A stretch of 64,000 nt of DNA from Flectonema sp. DT1601 (GCA_964019425.1 OZ025798.1:248001-312000), one strand, 5' to 3'; counted from the first letter of the stretch, positions 1 through 13,778 are shown. Made by a program: numbers and translations. Notes: generated by a model not told the origin, from the sequence alone.

Positions 1-735
1 CTACACACTCGTGACAAACTAAAAACTCATAGAGCATCAAACATCAATGCTAAATTAGAAGCCCTCTTCTTCAATCGAACCACACTGGATCGATCCGAGT
101 AACTTCAGAAGACATAATCTACTCCAGGAATGAATTAAAGTAGTTTGCATTTTAACAAACACATAAAAGATAAACATCTTAAACTTGGACTTCTTTGAAA
201 GGAACAATTACAGCAATGAATGTCACTACTACCCACAATGGATATTGCTACCCAAAGCGCCTAACACGAGTCTTACTCATATCGAAAACAATAGCGAAGG
301 CCGAGCAGATTGTGCCAACTCAAAATCCATAATTCTCGTCAGGAAAGTATTATCGAGAACTAGGGCAAAAAAAAAGAAACTTCAAAATTTTCGGAAACCC
401 TTATCCTTGCGGGAGTCAAAGTGTGTGAAAGAAACTACTCACAAGAATAGTTTCTTACAACTATGCCCTTTATTCTTAAAAGTTTCCGCCTTATTTACGA
501 ATTCCACCAAACAAGTATGAAGAAATTCGTTGAAAAACATTCAAACAAGATAATAATTGGTTAATAAATTTAAACTAGGAACTATGATCATGCTTCAATG
601 ATTCACTGTGACCTAACTAAACTCATCGCTATTGATCGAAACAATAATGAGACGAATAGAGAGGAAAGGCACGCTATTAAGATATTAAATTCATTTCATT
701 AGAACAACACAGAATGTCACAACAGTGAAGTTCTC

Positions 736-1758
736 TCACTTGGAAATCAGGTGGTTTGGCATACAGATCATGTCTCCGGCACCACGTCCATTCTCAACGT
801 AGCACCCGTAACCAGCCCCCATCAACCTTTTGGTATCGTCAGCACCTCTTGCCGAATCATAGGTGCCCATTATACTACAAATTATTCCAGAACACCTATT
901 TATTGTGTCCGAGTCTGCTGGTGTCCATCCCTGATTGCAGCTCGACGAAAAAGTGTTGATTGTCAGAGAAGAGCAAGGTACCGATGGTAGTGGAGTAGGT
1001 GCTGGTGGTGGCGGAGTTTGTGCTAGAACTGGAGTTGTGTTGTTTGGCATACAGATCAGGTCAACGGCACTACTTCCATCCTCAACATAGCATCCGTAAC
1101 CAGCTCCCAGCAACCTTTTGGTATCGTCAGCACCACTTGCCGAATCATAGGTGCCCATTATACTACAAATTATTCCAGAACACCTGTTTATTGTGTCCGA
1201 ATCTGCTGGTGTCCATCCCGAACTGCAGCTCGATGAAAAAGTGTCGACTGTCAGAGAAGAGCAAGGTACCGATGGTGGTGGAGTAGGTGCTGGTGGTGGT
1301 GGAGTAGGTGCTGGAACTGGAGTTGTGTTGTTTGGCATACAGATCATGTCTCCGGCACCACTTCCATCCTCAACATAACATCCGTAACCTGCCCCCATCA
1401 ACCTTTTGGTACCGTCAGCACCTCTTGCCAAATCCCAGGTGTCCATCATACTACAAATTGTTGCAGCACAATTACTCATTGTTTCCGTGTCTGCTGGTTT
1501 CATTCCCGTATTGCAGCTCGATGATTGCCTGACGATACTCAGTGAGCTGCAATCAAAAGCAGTCTGTTTGTATTTTAATAACACCCGACAATACCGATAC
1601 TAAATTCAGACTGTTAGTTGGTACGAAACTCTTGTTGTACAAACTAACTAAGTAACCCTTCCACACAACAACAAATCATTTCAATAAGGAAGGGAATGAT
1701 GAAATAATAAACATACCGAAGACGCAAACAAACCGATAACAACAACAAAAGTCTTCAT
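736..1758 (-). CDS. Secreted tandem APT-like lectin, 3 domains (type A); exons 1758-1717, 1563-736
   Basis: Exon 1 encodes MKTFVVVIGLFASS, donor GTATGT at 1716, acceptor AAACAG at 1564, in-frame join to TAFDC. Six-Cys domains with Pro/Thr linkers. Confidence 0.85.
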
Positions 1759-3969
1759 CTTATTTATTTACTGTCATCAGGAGGTAAAAAAGATGCTCAA
1801 GGAAGAACAAAGGCAACATGCAACTATAAATAGGGTTGCTTCACATAACTACTCACTTTAAATAGGAATCCACGTCGGTCAATACTATAAATACCATTAA
1901 CTTGCTGTCAAGGCGTAGGCCACGTGCTTCAGGTTGAACAGAATCAGGAGGGGAGGAAGTGAGTACAGCCTAATTGAAGCAAAGCTTCTGATGATTAAAA
2001 TACTATTACCACCACCACCTGTTATTTTAGGAATTTAATCAGAATGAAAATAAAAAGTTACAACAAGAAAAAGAATTCAGCCAAACTTAACTTTCCTTTT
2101 ACTTTCTTACTCATTCATTTTGTGTGCCATCCAGTAGCCTGTGAAAGGAATAAGTTAGGTTAAGTTACACTGTCACAATTCTCTTTCTTCTGAACAGGTT
2201 TATCTGTACAAGAAGAAAAAAAAAATGGGAAGAAAAAAAGGAAACAAGAAAAGAATGTGTTTCCAGCATTTGGAAAAGATAGAGAAAACATTAAATAAAT
2301 CTTTCTGCTGTTCTGTTTCTTCAAAAGCAAGGGAGATGCTGTCTTGTCCTACTCAACAAAGGGACAGCTTAACTTAGTTGGTGTTTGTAAGTTAGTATAT
2401 GAGATCACTAAGATAATGTATTAAATCAAAATATATATAAAAAAGGAAAGCCCTCGCAACACATTGTTCTGCTGTTCCGTAAAACACTTGTGGTGGAATA
2501 CCTAGTTTCAGGTCTTAATCTTATACTATACTTGGTAAGTTGGTAGTATTTAGAATATGAGATACTATTAATAGTTATCAGTCAATCAAAAAAACAATAG
2601 AACGCAACAATTCGTAGGACAACAAACAAATAATGGTTGGTTGGGCTTAAATTAACTTCCTCAGTCCTCTTCAGCGAAGAAAGTACGGGGGAACACTGCG
2701 GTGTCAAGCCTGTCTACTTTAATGAACAAGGCTAAACTTTGAATTCCCGTGCCAAATGTTAATGAAATATCGGATCTCAACACAAACGTTTCTGAAATGG
2801 ACAGCTCCACACACGAAAGTATTCGAAATGGATGCAAAGAAAAAAGAAAAAGGAAAAAAATCTGTTTTCCTTTGGGATTATTGTTTTAAAGAGGAACAAG
2901 TATGAAGAAGTGATCCAAATCCCTTAAAAATATTCAAAACAGAATATAACTCGTTAGTCAGGTGACGATTAACTGAAGTCCAACAATATTGAATCGAAAC
3001 AACGATGAGAGGAATAGAGAGGAAAGCTGTGCTATTAAGACATTAATTTGATTTTATCAGAACTGCAACACAGAACTTCACAACAGTGAAGTGTCAAATG
3101 TTACTGAAATGTCGGATTACAACACAAACGATTCCGGAAGAGAAATTAATAAAAAAGAAATTCGCTGGTCTACTCAGCGTCTTCGCCCTTCTCAGCAAAC
3201 AGACCACGCCAATATGGTTATTTGCCTGATAGCTTATTAAACCATTGAACTGATAAAAATATAAAAACCAAAATAAAAAAGAAACACACAAACTAAAAAA
3301 TCGTAGAACATCAAACATTAATCACACTGGATCAAACTTCAGAAGACTTAATCTCCTCCAGCAATGAATTAAAGTAGTTTGAACTTTAACAAACACATAA
3401 AAAATACACATCATATATCTTTGAAATGAACAATTACAGCAATGAATGTCACTACTACCCAAAGCGCCCGACACGAGTCTTACTCATATCGAAAACAATA
3501 GCGAAGGCCGAGCAGATTGTAAGAACTTGGGCTGCAAATAAAAAGATCACAAGATTACTAAAAGAAACTCCCAGTAGATAAAAGTATTTCCTTGATCAGG
3601 AATTCTTCTTGCTGGAAGAAACTCTTGTGAAATTAAGTTTCTTGAAAGTATGCGAAAGAAACTACTCATAAGACAACAATGCCCTTTATTCTTAAAGGTT
3701 TCCGCTTTTTATTCGAATTCTTTCAAACGGGTCCCGCATACAAATATAAAGAAATCCACTAATAACATTCAAAATGTATAATATTAATTGGTTAATAAAT
3801 TTAAACCAGGAACTATGATCATGCTTCAATGATTCACTGTTACCTAACTAAACTTACCGCTATTGATCGAAACAATAATGAGACGAATAGAGAGGAAAGG
3901 CACGCTATTAAGATATTAAATTGATTTTATCAGAACTACAACACAGAATGTCACAATAGTGAAGTTCTC

Positions 3970-4974
3970 TCACTTGGAAATCAGGTGGTTTGGTATACAG
4001 ATCGCATCTCCGGCACCAGTTCCATTCTCAACATAGCATCCGTAACCAGATCCCATCAACCTTTTGGTACCGTCAGCACCTCTTGCCGAATCCCAGCTGT
4101 CCATTATACTACAAATTGTTGCAACACAATTAGTCACTGTTTCCGCGTCTGCTAGTGTCCATCCTTGATTGCAGCTCAACGATTGCCTGACGATTGTCAG
4201 CGAAGAGCAAGGTACCGATGGTGGTGGAGTAGGTGCTGGTAGTGGTGGAGTAGGTGCTGGAACTGGAGTTGTGTTGTTTGGCATACAGATCAAGTCTCTG
4301 GCAGCACCACTCTCAATATAGCATCCGTAACCAGATCCCATAAACCTTTTAGTATCATCAGCACCTCTTGCCAAATCCCAGGTGTCCATTAAACCACAGA
4401 TTGTTGCAGCACAATTAGTCATTGTTTCCGTGTCTGCTAGTGTCCTTCCCACATTGCAGCTCGATGATTGCCTCATGATTGTCAGCGAAGAGCAAGGTAC
4501 CGATGGTGGCGGAGTAGGTGCTGGTGGTGGTGGAACTGGAGTTGTGTTGTTTGGCATGCAGATCATGTCTCTGGCACCACCACTCTCAATATAGCATCCG
4601 TAACCAGATCCCAGTAAGCATTTAGAATCGTCAGCACCTCTTGCCATACCCCAGGTGTCCATTAAACCACAGATTGTTGCAGCACACATATTTATTGTTT
4701 CCGTGTCTGCTGGTTTCATTCCCGTATTGCAGCTCGATGATTGCCTGACGATACTCAGTGAGCTGCAATCAAAAGCAGTCTGTTTGTATTTTAATAACAC
4801 CCGACAATACCGATACTAAATTCAGACTGTTAGTTGGTACGAAACTCTTGTTGTACAAACTAACTAAGTAACCCTTCCACACAATAACAAATCATTTCAA
4901 TAAGGAAGGGAATGATGAAATAATAAACATACCGAAGACGCAAACAAACCGATAATAACAACAAAAGTCTTCAT
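3970..4974 (-). CDS. Secreted tandem APT-like lectin, 3 domains (type B); exons 4974-4933, 4779-3970
   Basis: Same two-exon structure; conservative V>I change in the signal peptide. Confidence 0.85.
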
Positions 4975-6195
4975 CTTATTTATTTACTGTCATCAGGAGG
5001 TAAAAAAAGATACTCAAGGAAGAACAAAGGCAACATGCAACTATAAATAGGGTTGCTTCACATAACTACTCACTTTAAATAGGAATCCACGTCGGTCAAT
5101 ACTATAAATACCATTAACTTGCTGTCAAGGCGTAGGCCACGTGCTTCAGGTTGAACAGAATCAGGAGGGGAGGAAGTGAGTACAGCCTAATTGAAGCAAA
5201 GCTTCTGATGATTAAAATACTATTACCACCACCACCTGTTATTTTAGGAATTTAATCAGAATGAAAATAAAAAGTTACAGCAAGAAAAAGAATTCAGCCA
5301 AACTTAACTTTCCTTTTACTTTCCTACTCATTCATTTTGTGTGCCATCCAGTAGCCTGTGAAAGGAATAGGTTAGGTTAAGTTAAACTGTCACAATTCTC
5401 TTTCTTCTGAACAGGTTTATCTGTACAAGAAGAAAAAAAAAAGGGAGGAAAAAAAGGAAACAAGAATAGAATGTGTTTCCAGCATTTGAAAAAGAAGATA
5501 GAGAAAACATTAAATAAATCTTTCTACTGCTCTGTTTCTTCAAAAGCAAGGGAGATGCTGTCTTGTCCTACTCAACAAAGGGACAGCTTAACTTAGTTGG
5601 TGTTTGTAAGTTAGTATATGAGATCACTAAGATAATGTATTAAATCAAAATATATATAAAAAAGGAAAGCCCTCGCAACACATTGTTCTGCTGTTCCGTA
5701 AAACACTTGTGGTGGAATACCTAGTTTTAGGTCTTAATCTTATACTTGGTAAGTTGGAAAGAAAAAGGAAAAGAATCCGTTTTACTTTGGGATTTTCGTT
5801 TTTTTCTCCTTTTAAAGAGGTACAAGTCCAGCTTTCCGCCTCGCCTAGCTTATTAGACTATCGAACAAAATTAATAAAATATTAAATAGAAATAAAAAAA
5901 TAAAATAAATAAAAAATCAATAAAATTAAAACAGGATAAAATAGTTACCCTGATAATATACTAAAGCACTCGCAGAGCATTAAATATTAACGCTAGGTTG
6001 GTAGCTCAACGTTATCGATCGAAACAATAATGAGAGGAATAGAGAGGAAAGGTACGCTATTAAGATATTAAATTCATTTTATCAGAACTACAACACAGAA
6101 TGTCACAACAGTGAAATTCCAAATGTTACTGAAAGGCAGGAACTCAACACAAACATTTCCGTAACGGACAGCACACGCAAGAGTTTCCGACATAG

Positions 6196-6231
<36 letters not shown>

Positions 6232-6851
6232 GGCCTGTCTACTCATCGCCTTCGCCCTTCTTAGCAAACAGACCACGTCAATATGGTTTTATCTTTTACC
6301 ATTTAACACGTTATTTTACCCAACGTTGCTATGATGAGGGCTCCAGGAGGGTAACTCACAGCAACAGAGGGCCTCATCCGTAACAGTTTCCGAAGACTCC
6401 GTATGGATTGTTGAATTAGCTTCAGCTGAAGGGATGTAATTTATCTTATATGATTAATGGACACCTACCTTCAGCTTTCCACTTTGCCTAGGTTATTAAA
6501 CCCAATTAATAAAAATATAAAAATAAAAATACATAAAAAAATACACACGTGTGACACACAAAAAATTCTTAGAGCATTAAAAATTAATCGAACCACACTG
6601 GATCGATCCGAGTAACCTCAGAAGACATAATCTTCTCCAGCAGGTATGAATTAAAATAGTTTGCACTCTAAAAAAATAAATAAATATTACATGTTTGAAC
6701 GCTTCAAGGGGAAAAACAATAATGAATTACTACTACCTAAAGCGTCTAACACGAGATCGAAAAAAAAACAACGAAGGCCGATTCTGCCAACTTAGCATCC
6801 CAAATTATCGACGGGAAAGTATTGTCGACAACTTGGGCCGCAAAATTGAAC

Positions 6852-7018
6852 TTGGCTTTAACTTAAACTAAACAAAAAAAAAAAAAACACAAACAAGTAT
6901 TATATTATTACTATTTTGCACGAAACCGAGTAAACCAACTAAAACTGATTAAGCTAAAGGAGGTTAAGGTGTGCTGCTAACATTCTTTTTTCGTTCTTAC
7001 AATACTTGTTAAATGCAA
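6852..7018 (-). mobile_element. Short (~167 bp) non-autonomous/'empty' relative of the YR retroelement (SIRE-like), copy 1
   Basis: Left end ttggctttaacttaaacta matches the element end at 44285. The right ~100 bp (tgcacgaaaccg...gttaaatgcaa) matches 47911-48009. Absent from homologous spacers (e.g. ~3530-3550). Confidence 0.85.
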
Positions 7019-7381
7019 AAAGAAATTATCAAATATCTGCTGCTCACAAGATTACCAAAGTAAAAATTTCTCCATGATCAGGAATTATTCTTGTACGAGG
7101 ATAATCTTGTGAAATTAAGATTTTGAAAAGTGTGTAAAAGAAATTACTCATAAGACAACAATGCCCTTTATTCTTAAAATTTTTCGCTTTATTTTCGAAT
7201 TCCTTCAAACGAGTTCCCCAAAACAAGTATGAAGAAATCCGCTAAAAACATTCAAAACGGATTGGTTAATAAATTTAAACTAGGAACTATGATCGTACTT
7301 CAATGATTCACTGTTACCTAACTAAACTTATCGCTATTGATCGCAACAATGATGAGAGGAATAGAGAGGAAAGGCAGGCTA

Positions 7382-10180
7382 TTAAGGCAATAAATTGATT
7401 TTATCAGAATGCCACAACAGTGAAGTTTTCTGCTTAGAAATCAGGTGGCTTGGCATACAGATCATGTCTCCGGCACCAGTTCCATCCTCAACATAGCATC
7501 CGTAACCATGTCCCATCAACCTTTTGTTCCCGTCAGCACCTCTTGCCAAATCCCAAGTGTTCATCATATTACAAATTGTTGTAGCACAATTCATCATTGT
7601 TTCCGTGTCTGCTGGTTTCATTCCCGAATTGCAACTCGATGATTGCCTGATGATTGACAGCGAAGAGCAAGGTACCGATGGTGGTGGAGTAGGTGCTGGT
7701 GGTGGTGGAGTAGGTGCTGGAACTGGAGTTGTGTTGTTTGGCATACAGATCATGTCTCCGGCCCCGGTTCCATCCTCAACATAGCATCCGTAACCATGTC
7801 CCATCAACCTTTTGTCCCCGTCAGCACCTCTTGCCAAATCCCAAGTGTTCATCATATTACAAATTGTTGTAGCACAATTCATCATTGTTTCCGTGTCTGC
7901 TGGTTTCATTCCCGAATTGCAACTCGATGATTGCCTGATGATTGACAGCGAAGAGCAAGGTACCGATGGTGGTGGAGTAGGTGCTGGTGGTGGTGGAGTA
8001 GGTGCTGGAACTGGAGTTGTGTTGTTTGGCATACAGATCATGTCTCCGGCACCAGTTCCATCCTCAACATAGCATCCGTAACCATGTCCCATCAACCTTT
8101 TGTTCCCGTCAGCACCTCTTGCCAAATCCCAAGTGTTCATCATATTACAAATTGTTGTAGCACAATTCATCATTGTTTCCGTGTCTGCTGGTTTCATTCC
8201 CGAATTGCAACTCGATGATTGCCTGATGATTGACAGCGAAGAGCAAGGTACCGATGGTGGTGGAGTAGGTGCTGGTGGTGGTGGAGTAGGTGCTGGAACT
8301 GGAGTTGTGTTGTTTGGCATACAGATCATGTCTCCGGCCCCGGTTCCATCCTCAACATAGCATCCGTAACCATGTCCCATCAACCTTTTGTCCCCGTCAG
8401 CACCTCTTGCCAAATCCCAAGTGTTCATCATATTACAAATTGTTGTAGCACAATTCATCATTGTTTCCGTGTCTGCTGGTTTCATTCCCGAATTGCAACT
8501 CGATGATTGCCTGATGATTGACAGCGAAGAGCAAGGTACCGATGGTGGTGGAGTAGGTGCTGGTGGTGGTGGAGTAGGTGCTGGAACTGGAGTTGTGTTG
8601 TTTGGCATACAGATCATGTCTCCGGCACCAGTTCCATCCTCAACATAGCATCCGTAACCATGTCCCATCAACCTTTTGTCCCCGTCAGCACCTCTTGCCA
8701 AATCCCAAGTGTTCATCATATTACAAATTGTTGTAGCACAATTCATCATTGTTTCCGTGTCTGCAGGTTTCATTCCCGAATTGCAGCTCGATGATTGCCT
8801 GATGATTGACAGCGAAGAGCAAGGTACTGATGGTGGTGGAGTAGGTGCTGGTGGTGGTGGAGTAGGTGCTGGAACTGGAGTTGTGTTGTTTGGCATACAG
8901 ATCATGTCTCCGGCACCAGTTCCATCCTCAACATAGCATCCGTAACCATGTCCCATCAACCTTTTGTCCCCGTCAGCACCTCTTGCCAAATCCCAAGTGT
9001 TCATCATATTACAAATTGTTGTAGCACAATTCATCATTGTTTCCGTGTCTGCTGGTTTCATTCCCGAATTGCAACTCGATGATTGCCTGATGATTGACAG
9101 CGAAGAGCAAGGTACCGATGGTGGTGGAGTAGGTGCTGGTGGTGGTGGAGTAGGTGCTGGAACTGGAGTTGTGTTGTTTGGCATACAGATCATGTCTCCG
9201 GCCCCGGTTCCATCCTCAACATAGCATCCGTAACCATGTCCCATCAACCTTTTGTCCCCGTCAGCACCTCTTGCCAAATCCCAAGTGTTCATCATATTAC
9301 AAATTGTTGTAGCACAATTCATCATTGTTTCCGTGTCTGCTGGTTTCATTCCCGAATTGCAACTCGATGATTGCCTGATGATTGACAGCGAAGAGCAAGG
9401 TACCGATGGTGGTGGAGTAGGTGCTGGTGGTGGTGGAGTAGGTGCTGGAACTGGAGTTGTGTTGTTTGGCATACAGATCATGTCTCCGGCACCAGTTCCA
9501 TCCTCAACATAGCATCCGTAACCATGTCCCATCAACCTTTTGTCCCCGTCAGCACCTCTTGCCAAATCCCAGGTGTTCATCATATTACAAATTGTTGTAG
9601 CACAATTCATCATTGTTTCCGTGTCTGCTGGTTTCATTCCCGAATTGCAACTCGATGATTGCCTGATGATTGACAGCGAAGAGCAAGGTACCGATGGTGG
9701 TGGAGTAGGTGCTGGTGGTGGTGGTGTTGGTGCTGGAACTGGAGTTGTGTTGTTTGGCATACAGATCATGTCTCCGGCACCAGTTCCATCCTCAACATAG
9801 CATCCGTAACCATGTCCCATCAACCTTTTGTTCCCGTCAGCACCTCTTGCCAAATCCCAGGTGTTCATCATATTACAAATTGTTGTAGCACAATTCATCA
9901 TTGTTTCCGTGTCTGCTGGTTTCATTCCCGAATTGCAGCTTGATGATTGCCTGACGATACTCAGTGAGCTGCAATCAAAAGCAGTCTGTTTGTATTTTAA
10001 TAACACCCGACAATACCGATACTAAATTCAGACTGTTAGTTGGTACGAAACTCTTGTTGCACAAACTAACTAAGTAACCCTTCCACACAATAACAAATCA
10101 TTTAAATAAGGAAGGGAATCATGAAATAATAAACATACCGAAGACGCAAACAAACCGATAACAACAACAAAAGTCTTCAT
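7382..10180 (-). CDS. Secreted tandem APT-like lectin, 9 near-identical domains (type C); exons 10180-10139, 9985-7382
   Basis: 288-nt periodicity. The usual stop is lost, giving a 16-aa C-terminal extension. Confidence 0.85.
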
Positions 10181-11179
10181 CTTATTTATTTACTGTCATA
10201 AGGAGGTAAAAAAGATACTCAAGGAAGAACTAAGTAACCTTAAACAGGAATCCATTTCAGTACTGGGGCAACATAAACAAAAATGGTTACGTGCTAAAAT
10301 TAAAATCCTCCTCTTCAGCGAAGAAAGTACGGGAGACACTGCGGTGTCAGACTTGTTTACTTTAATGAACAAGGCTAAACTTCGAATTCCCGTGCCAAAA
10401 GTTGCTGAAATATCGGATCTCAACAAAAACGTTTCTAAAATGGACAGCTACACGCACACGAAAGTATTCGGGATGCATGCAAAGAAAAAGAAGAATAAAA
10501 TCTGTTTTATTTTTGGAATTCTATACAAGTTTGAAGAAATGATTAAAATCCCTTAAAAATATTCAAAAAAAAGAAAATAATTCGTTACTCAGGTAACAAT
10601 TTAACAAACACAAAAAATACACATCATATATCTTTGAAATGAACAATTACAACAATGGATATTGCTACCCAAAGCGCCCGACACGAGTCTTGCTCATATC
10701 GAAAACAATAGCGAAGGCCGAGCAGATTGTGAGAACTTGGGCTGCAAATAAAAAGATCACAAGATTACTAAAGGAAACTCCCAGTAGATAACAGTATTTC
10801 CTTGATCAGGAATTCTTCTTGCTGGAGGAAACTCTTGTGAAATTAAGCTTTTTGAAAGTATGCGAAAAGAATTACTCATAAGACAACAATGCCCTTTATT
10901 CTTAAAGGTTTCCGCTTTTTATTCGAATTCCTTCAAACGGGTCCCGCATACAAATATAAAGAAATCCACTAATAACATTCAAAATGTTTAATATTAATTG
11001 GTTAATAAATTTAAACTAGGAACTATGATCATGCTTCAATGATTCACTGTTACCTTACTAAACTTATCGCTATTGATCGAAACAATAATGAGAGGAATAG
11101 AGAGGAAAGGTACGTAATCAAGACATTAAATTAATTTTATCAGAACTACAACACAGAATGTCACAACAGTGAAGTTCTC

Positions 11180-12175
11180 TCACTTGGAAATCAGGTGGTT
11201 TGGTATACAGATCACGTTTCCGACACCAGTTCCATTCTCAACATAGCATCCGTAACCAGGTCCCATCAACCTTTTGGTACCGTCAGCACCTCTTGCCATA
11301 TCCCAGGTGTCCATTAAACCACAAATTGTCGCGGCACAAGTGATCATTGTTTCCGTGTCGGCTGGTGTCCATCCCAAATTGCAGCTCGATGATTGCCTGA
11401 TGATTGTCAGAGAAGAGCAAGGTACCGATGGTGGTGGAGTAGGTGCTGGAACTGGAGTTGTGTTGTTTGGCATACAGATTATGTCTGCGGCACCACCACT
11501 CTCAACATAGCATCCGTAACCAGGTCCCACCAACCTTTTGGTAAGGTCAGCACCTCTTGCCATATCCCAGGTGTCCATTAAACCACAAATTGTCGCGGCA
11601 CAATTAGTCATTGTTTCCGTGTTTGCAGGGTTCATTCCCGAATTGCAGCTCGATGATTCTCTGATGATTGACAGCGAAGAGCAAGGTACTGACGGTGGTG
11701 GAGTAGGTGCTGGTGGTGGTGGAGTAGGTGCTGGAACTGGAGTTGTGTTGTTTGGCATACAGATTATGTCTGCGGCACCACCACTCTCAACATAGCATCC
11801 GTAACCAGGTCCCAACAACCTTTTGGTACCGTCAGCACCTCTTGCCATATCCCAGGTGTCCATTAAACCACAAATTGTTGCGGCACAATTAGTCATTGTT
11901 TCCGTGTCTGCTGGTTTCATTCCCGAATTGCAGCTCGATGATTGCCTGACGATACTCAGTGAGCTGCAATTAAAAGCAGTCTGTTTGTATTTTAATAACA
12001 CCCGACAATACCGATACTAAATTCAGACTGTTAGTTGGTAAGAAACTCTTGTTGTACAAACTAACTAAGTAACCCTTCCACACAACAACAAATCATTTCA
12101 ATAAGGAAGGGAATGATGAAATAATAAACATACCGAAGACGCAAACAAACCGATAACAACAACAAAAGTCTTCAT
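11180..12175 (-). CDS. Secreted tandem APT-like lectin, 3 domains (type D); exons 12175-12134, 11980-11180
   Basis: Same structure; domains carry GPGY as in aerolysin. Confidence 0.85.
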
Positions 12176-13778
12176 CTTATTTATTTACTGTCATCAGGAG
12201 GTAAAAAAGATGCTCAAGGAAGAACAAAGGCAACATGCAACTATAAATAGGGTTGCTTCACATAACTACTCACTTTAAATAGGAATCCACGTCGGTCAAT
12301 ACTATAAATACCATTAACTTGCTGTCAATGCGTAGGCCACGTGCTTCAGGTTGAACAGAATCAGGAGGGGAGGAGGTGAGTACAGCCTAATTGAAGCAAA
12401 GCTTCTGATGATTGAAATACTATTACCACCACCACCTGTTATTTTAGGAATTTAATCAGAATGAAAATAAAAAGTTACAACAAGAATAAGAATTCAGCCA
12501 AACTTAACTTTCCTTTTACTTTCTTACTCATTCATTTTGTGTGCCATCCAGTAGCCTGTGAAAGGAATAGGTTAGGTTAAGTTAAACTGTCACAATTCTC
12601 TTTCTTCTGAACAGGTTTATCTGTACAAGAAGAAAAAAAAAAGGGAGGAAAAAAAGGAAACAAGAATAGAATGTGTTTCCAGCATTTGAAAAAGAAGATG
12701 GAGAAAACATTAAATAAATCTTTCTGCTGTTCTGTTTCTTCAAAAGCAAGGGAGATGCTGTCTTGTCCTACTCAACAAAGGGACAGCTTAACTTAGTTGG
12801 TGTTTGTAAGTTAGTATATGAGATCACTAAGATAATGTATTAAATCAAAATATATATAAAAAAGGAAAGCCCTCGCAACACATTGTTCTGCTGTTCCGTA
12901 AAACACTTGTGGTGGAATACCTAGTTTCAGGTCTTAATCTTATACTATACTTGGTAAGTTGGTAGTATTTAGAATATGAGATACTGTTAATAGTTATCAG
13001 TCAATCAAAAAAACAATAGAACGCAACAATTCGTAGGACAACAAACAAATAATGGTTGGTTGAGCTTAAATTAACTTCCTCAATCCTCTTCAGCAAAGAA
13101 AGTACGGGGGAACACTGCGGTGTCAAGCCTGTCTACTTTAATGAACAAGGCTAAACTTCGAATTCCCGTGCCAAATGTTAATGAAATATCGGATCTCAAC
13201 ACAAACGTTTCTGAAATGGACAGCTCCACACACGAAAGTATTCGAAATGGATGCAAAGAAAAAAGAAAAAGGAAAAAAATCTGTTTTCCTTTGGGATTAT
13301 TGTTTTAAAGAGGAACAAGTATGAAGAAGTGATCCAAATCCCTTAAAAATATTCAAAACAGAATATAATTCGTTAGTCAGGTGACGATTCACTGAAGACC
13401 AACAATATTGAATCGAAACAACGATGAGAGGAATAGAGAGGAAAGCTGTGCTATTAAGACATTAATTTGATTTTATCAGAACTGCAACACAGAACTTCAC
13501 AACAGTGAAGTGTCAAATGTTACTGAAATGTCGGATTACAACACAAACGATTCCGGAAGAGAAATTAATAAAAAAGAAATCCGCTGGTAATATTAATTGG
13601 TTAATAAATTTAAACTAGGAACTATGATCATGCTTCAATGATTCACTGTTACCTAACTAAACTTATCGCTATTGATCGAAACAATAATGAGACGAATAGA
13701 GAGGAAAGGCACGCTATTAAGATATTAAATTGATTTTATCAGAACTACAACACAGAATGTCACAACAGTGAAGTTCTC

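Noticed and set aside
715..740. Possible splice donor (GTGAGA; GTAAGA in the last copy) overlapping the stop codon, which would add further exons
   Set aside because: The TGA>TAA change is equally explained by stop conservation, and I found no plausible downstream coding exon.
1564..1600. ORF-track start MLLKYKQ, and an alternative in-frame acceptor (TTTAG at 1600) adding YRYCRVLLKYKQ
   Set aside because: The start is a GTG in the intron. The upstream acceptor would spoil the signal peptide, and this segment is deleted or interrupted in two copies. The AAACAG acceptor matches the other introns in the window. Minor use of the upstream site cannot be excluded.
1605..1650. Spliced-leader-like words in the intron (AGTTTCGTAC, AACTAAC)
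   Set aside because: Wrong order, too short, and no full 39-nt leader followed by a GT donor.
1824..1893. Two CTATAAATA TATA-like boxes upstream of the genes
   Set aside because: They are oriented opposite to the genes and are absent upstream of the copies at 10180, 20665 and 37364.
2700..3320. Recurrent spacer ORFs (MSSLSTLMNK..., MFDVLRFF..., and MFWGTRLK... in other spacers)
   Set aside because: Non-ATG or weak starts, stops or indels in some copies, no recognisable motifs; they recur only because the spacers are duplicated.
7440..9985. CRISPR-like array
   Set aside because: The units are 288-nt coding repeats without unique spacers, there are no cas genes, and the context is eukaryotic.
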